From: Magallana gigas | Taxonomy: Eukaryota | DNA length: 64,000 nt | Reading direction: 5' to 3' | Assembly (NCBI RefSeq): GCF_963853765.1 | Contig: NC_088857.1 | Coordinates: 34,720,001-34,784,000, forward strand | Translations under genes and position numbers: made by a program | Shown: positions 63,014 to 64,000 of the stretch, piece after piece | Layout: the number at the start of each line of letters is the position of its first letter | Numbering within the stretch: position 1 is the first letter of the stretch | The notes under the pieces: model-generated | Seen by the model: the letters and a program-made list of their open reading frames with translations, nothing else | What the model was told of the DNA's origin: nothing | The model's database searches: none

Positions 63014-63141
63014 ATGGCCACTGTTGGAGAGCAGACCCCCATTGTGAGCAATCACACCAGGGATAAGGCAACAAAGGCCAAGGTCACTCTGGAAAACTAC
63101 TACTCCAATCTAGTGTCTCAGCATGAAGAGCGAGAGAACAG
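63014..63141 (+). CDS. STK38: NDR/STK38 (tricornered) serine/threonine kinase, first coding exon (gene continues beyond window)
   Basis: MATVGEQTPIVSNHTRDKATKAKVTLENYYSNLVSQHEERENR matches the MOB-binding N-terminal region of NDR kinases (SNHT..R....KVTLEN.YSNL..QHEERE). Acceptor at 62997-62998; donor AG|GTAGGT at 63142. STK38 vs STK38L cannot be distinguished in an invertebrate. Confidence 0.92.
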
Positions 63142-64000
63142 GTAGGTCAAAGTTGAAAATCACTTGGCTGTGAAGGTCAAAGGTCAAAGTGTCAGTCATT
63201 TAAGTCAAGGTTACAGTTATATAGCATTGAATTTGATCAAAAGACTTAATTGTATCAGAAACTCATTTTGTTATAAATTTGAAATATTAATTGAACATAA
63301 AACTCAAATGTGGCTTCATGAACCAACAGCGTCAAAGGTCAAATTGGGTGCTCTTTAAATTATAGATAATTTCAACCAACAAATGAGAACACTGTTTGTA
63401 CATTTTATCACATTATGAAGGCAATAATGATTTACTTTAAGCCGATCATTTATTTATGATTTATAAGTTAGGATGATGGAGAATTTATTGTGATGATAAT
63501 GATGTTCTATCACCAAGTCAGAATTTCCATTTGCACCTTCATTTAAAAGAGGTGTTTATGAATCATCTTCTGTTGAATGGATTTTCAATCTGACTGGACT
63601 GTTTTATCTTTGATGTTCACCTTTAAGCAGCAGTCATTTCTTGTTGGACCTTCTCTAGCTATAGTATTGATCACTGTTAGGATGGTAGCAGCTGTGTGCA
63701 GTGCGAGTACAATAGGAAAAAAAGCTGTGAAAAAAAGACAATTTACACAGAAGGGGTAAACTCCTGTACATCAAACACAGGATCCAATTATACAGAATGT
63801 GGGCTACATATAACATCCAGGGTCTGCTCAATAAACCTTAATGAAACATAAAGACAGATTCTCATTACATTAGTTAGGTTTCACTGTCTGTACAACATAC
63901 TGAACACTAGGTTACCTGGGTAAAGAACGCCTAATTGCTGGGCTTTTTTTGTTCATGTGTAAAAAGTGCAAAAACTCATCTAATTGTTTGGCTTTTTGTT

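Overview
AT-rich, intron-containing eukaryotic DNA. It is most likely an oyster (Crassostrea/Magallana) locus, inferred from Helentron-type HINE elements carrying the ~166-bp satellite. I spliced the genes by hand, checking GT-AG sites and phases. (1) A tandem cluster of at least four divergent NR1-like nuclear receptor genes: three complete and frame-intact (NR-A 21635-12544 minus, 537 aa; NR-B 26162-31599 plus, 529 aa; NR-C 41035-37417 minus, 631 aa from the first ATG), plus a fourth whose N-terminal exon (114-1, minus) runs off the left edge. (2) An intact five-exon gene (6451-5046, minus, 227 aa) encoding THAP zinc finger + DHSY motif + coiled coil. It resembles the N-terminal half of a Harbinger/ISL2EU-type transposase with no catalytic core; the ORF track shows only fragments of it. 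(3) TAF11 (56934-52471, minus), head-to-head with (4) STK38/NDR kinase (first coding exon 63014-63141, plus; continues beyond the window). Introns and intergenic DNA are dense with non-autonomous elements: HINEs with satellite arrays, a 5'-truncated LINE, several MITEs, and palindromic/foldback insertions, including a perfect 87-bp palindrome with a 9-bp target-site duplication. There is a 200-N assembly gap at 49789-49988. No database searches were run, so family names come from motif recognition only.
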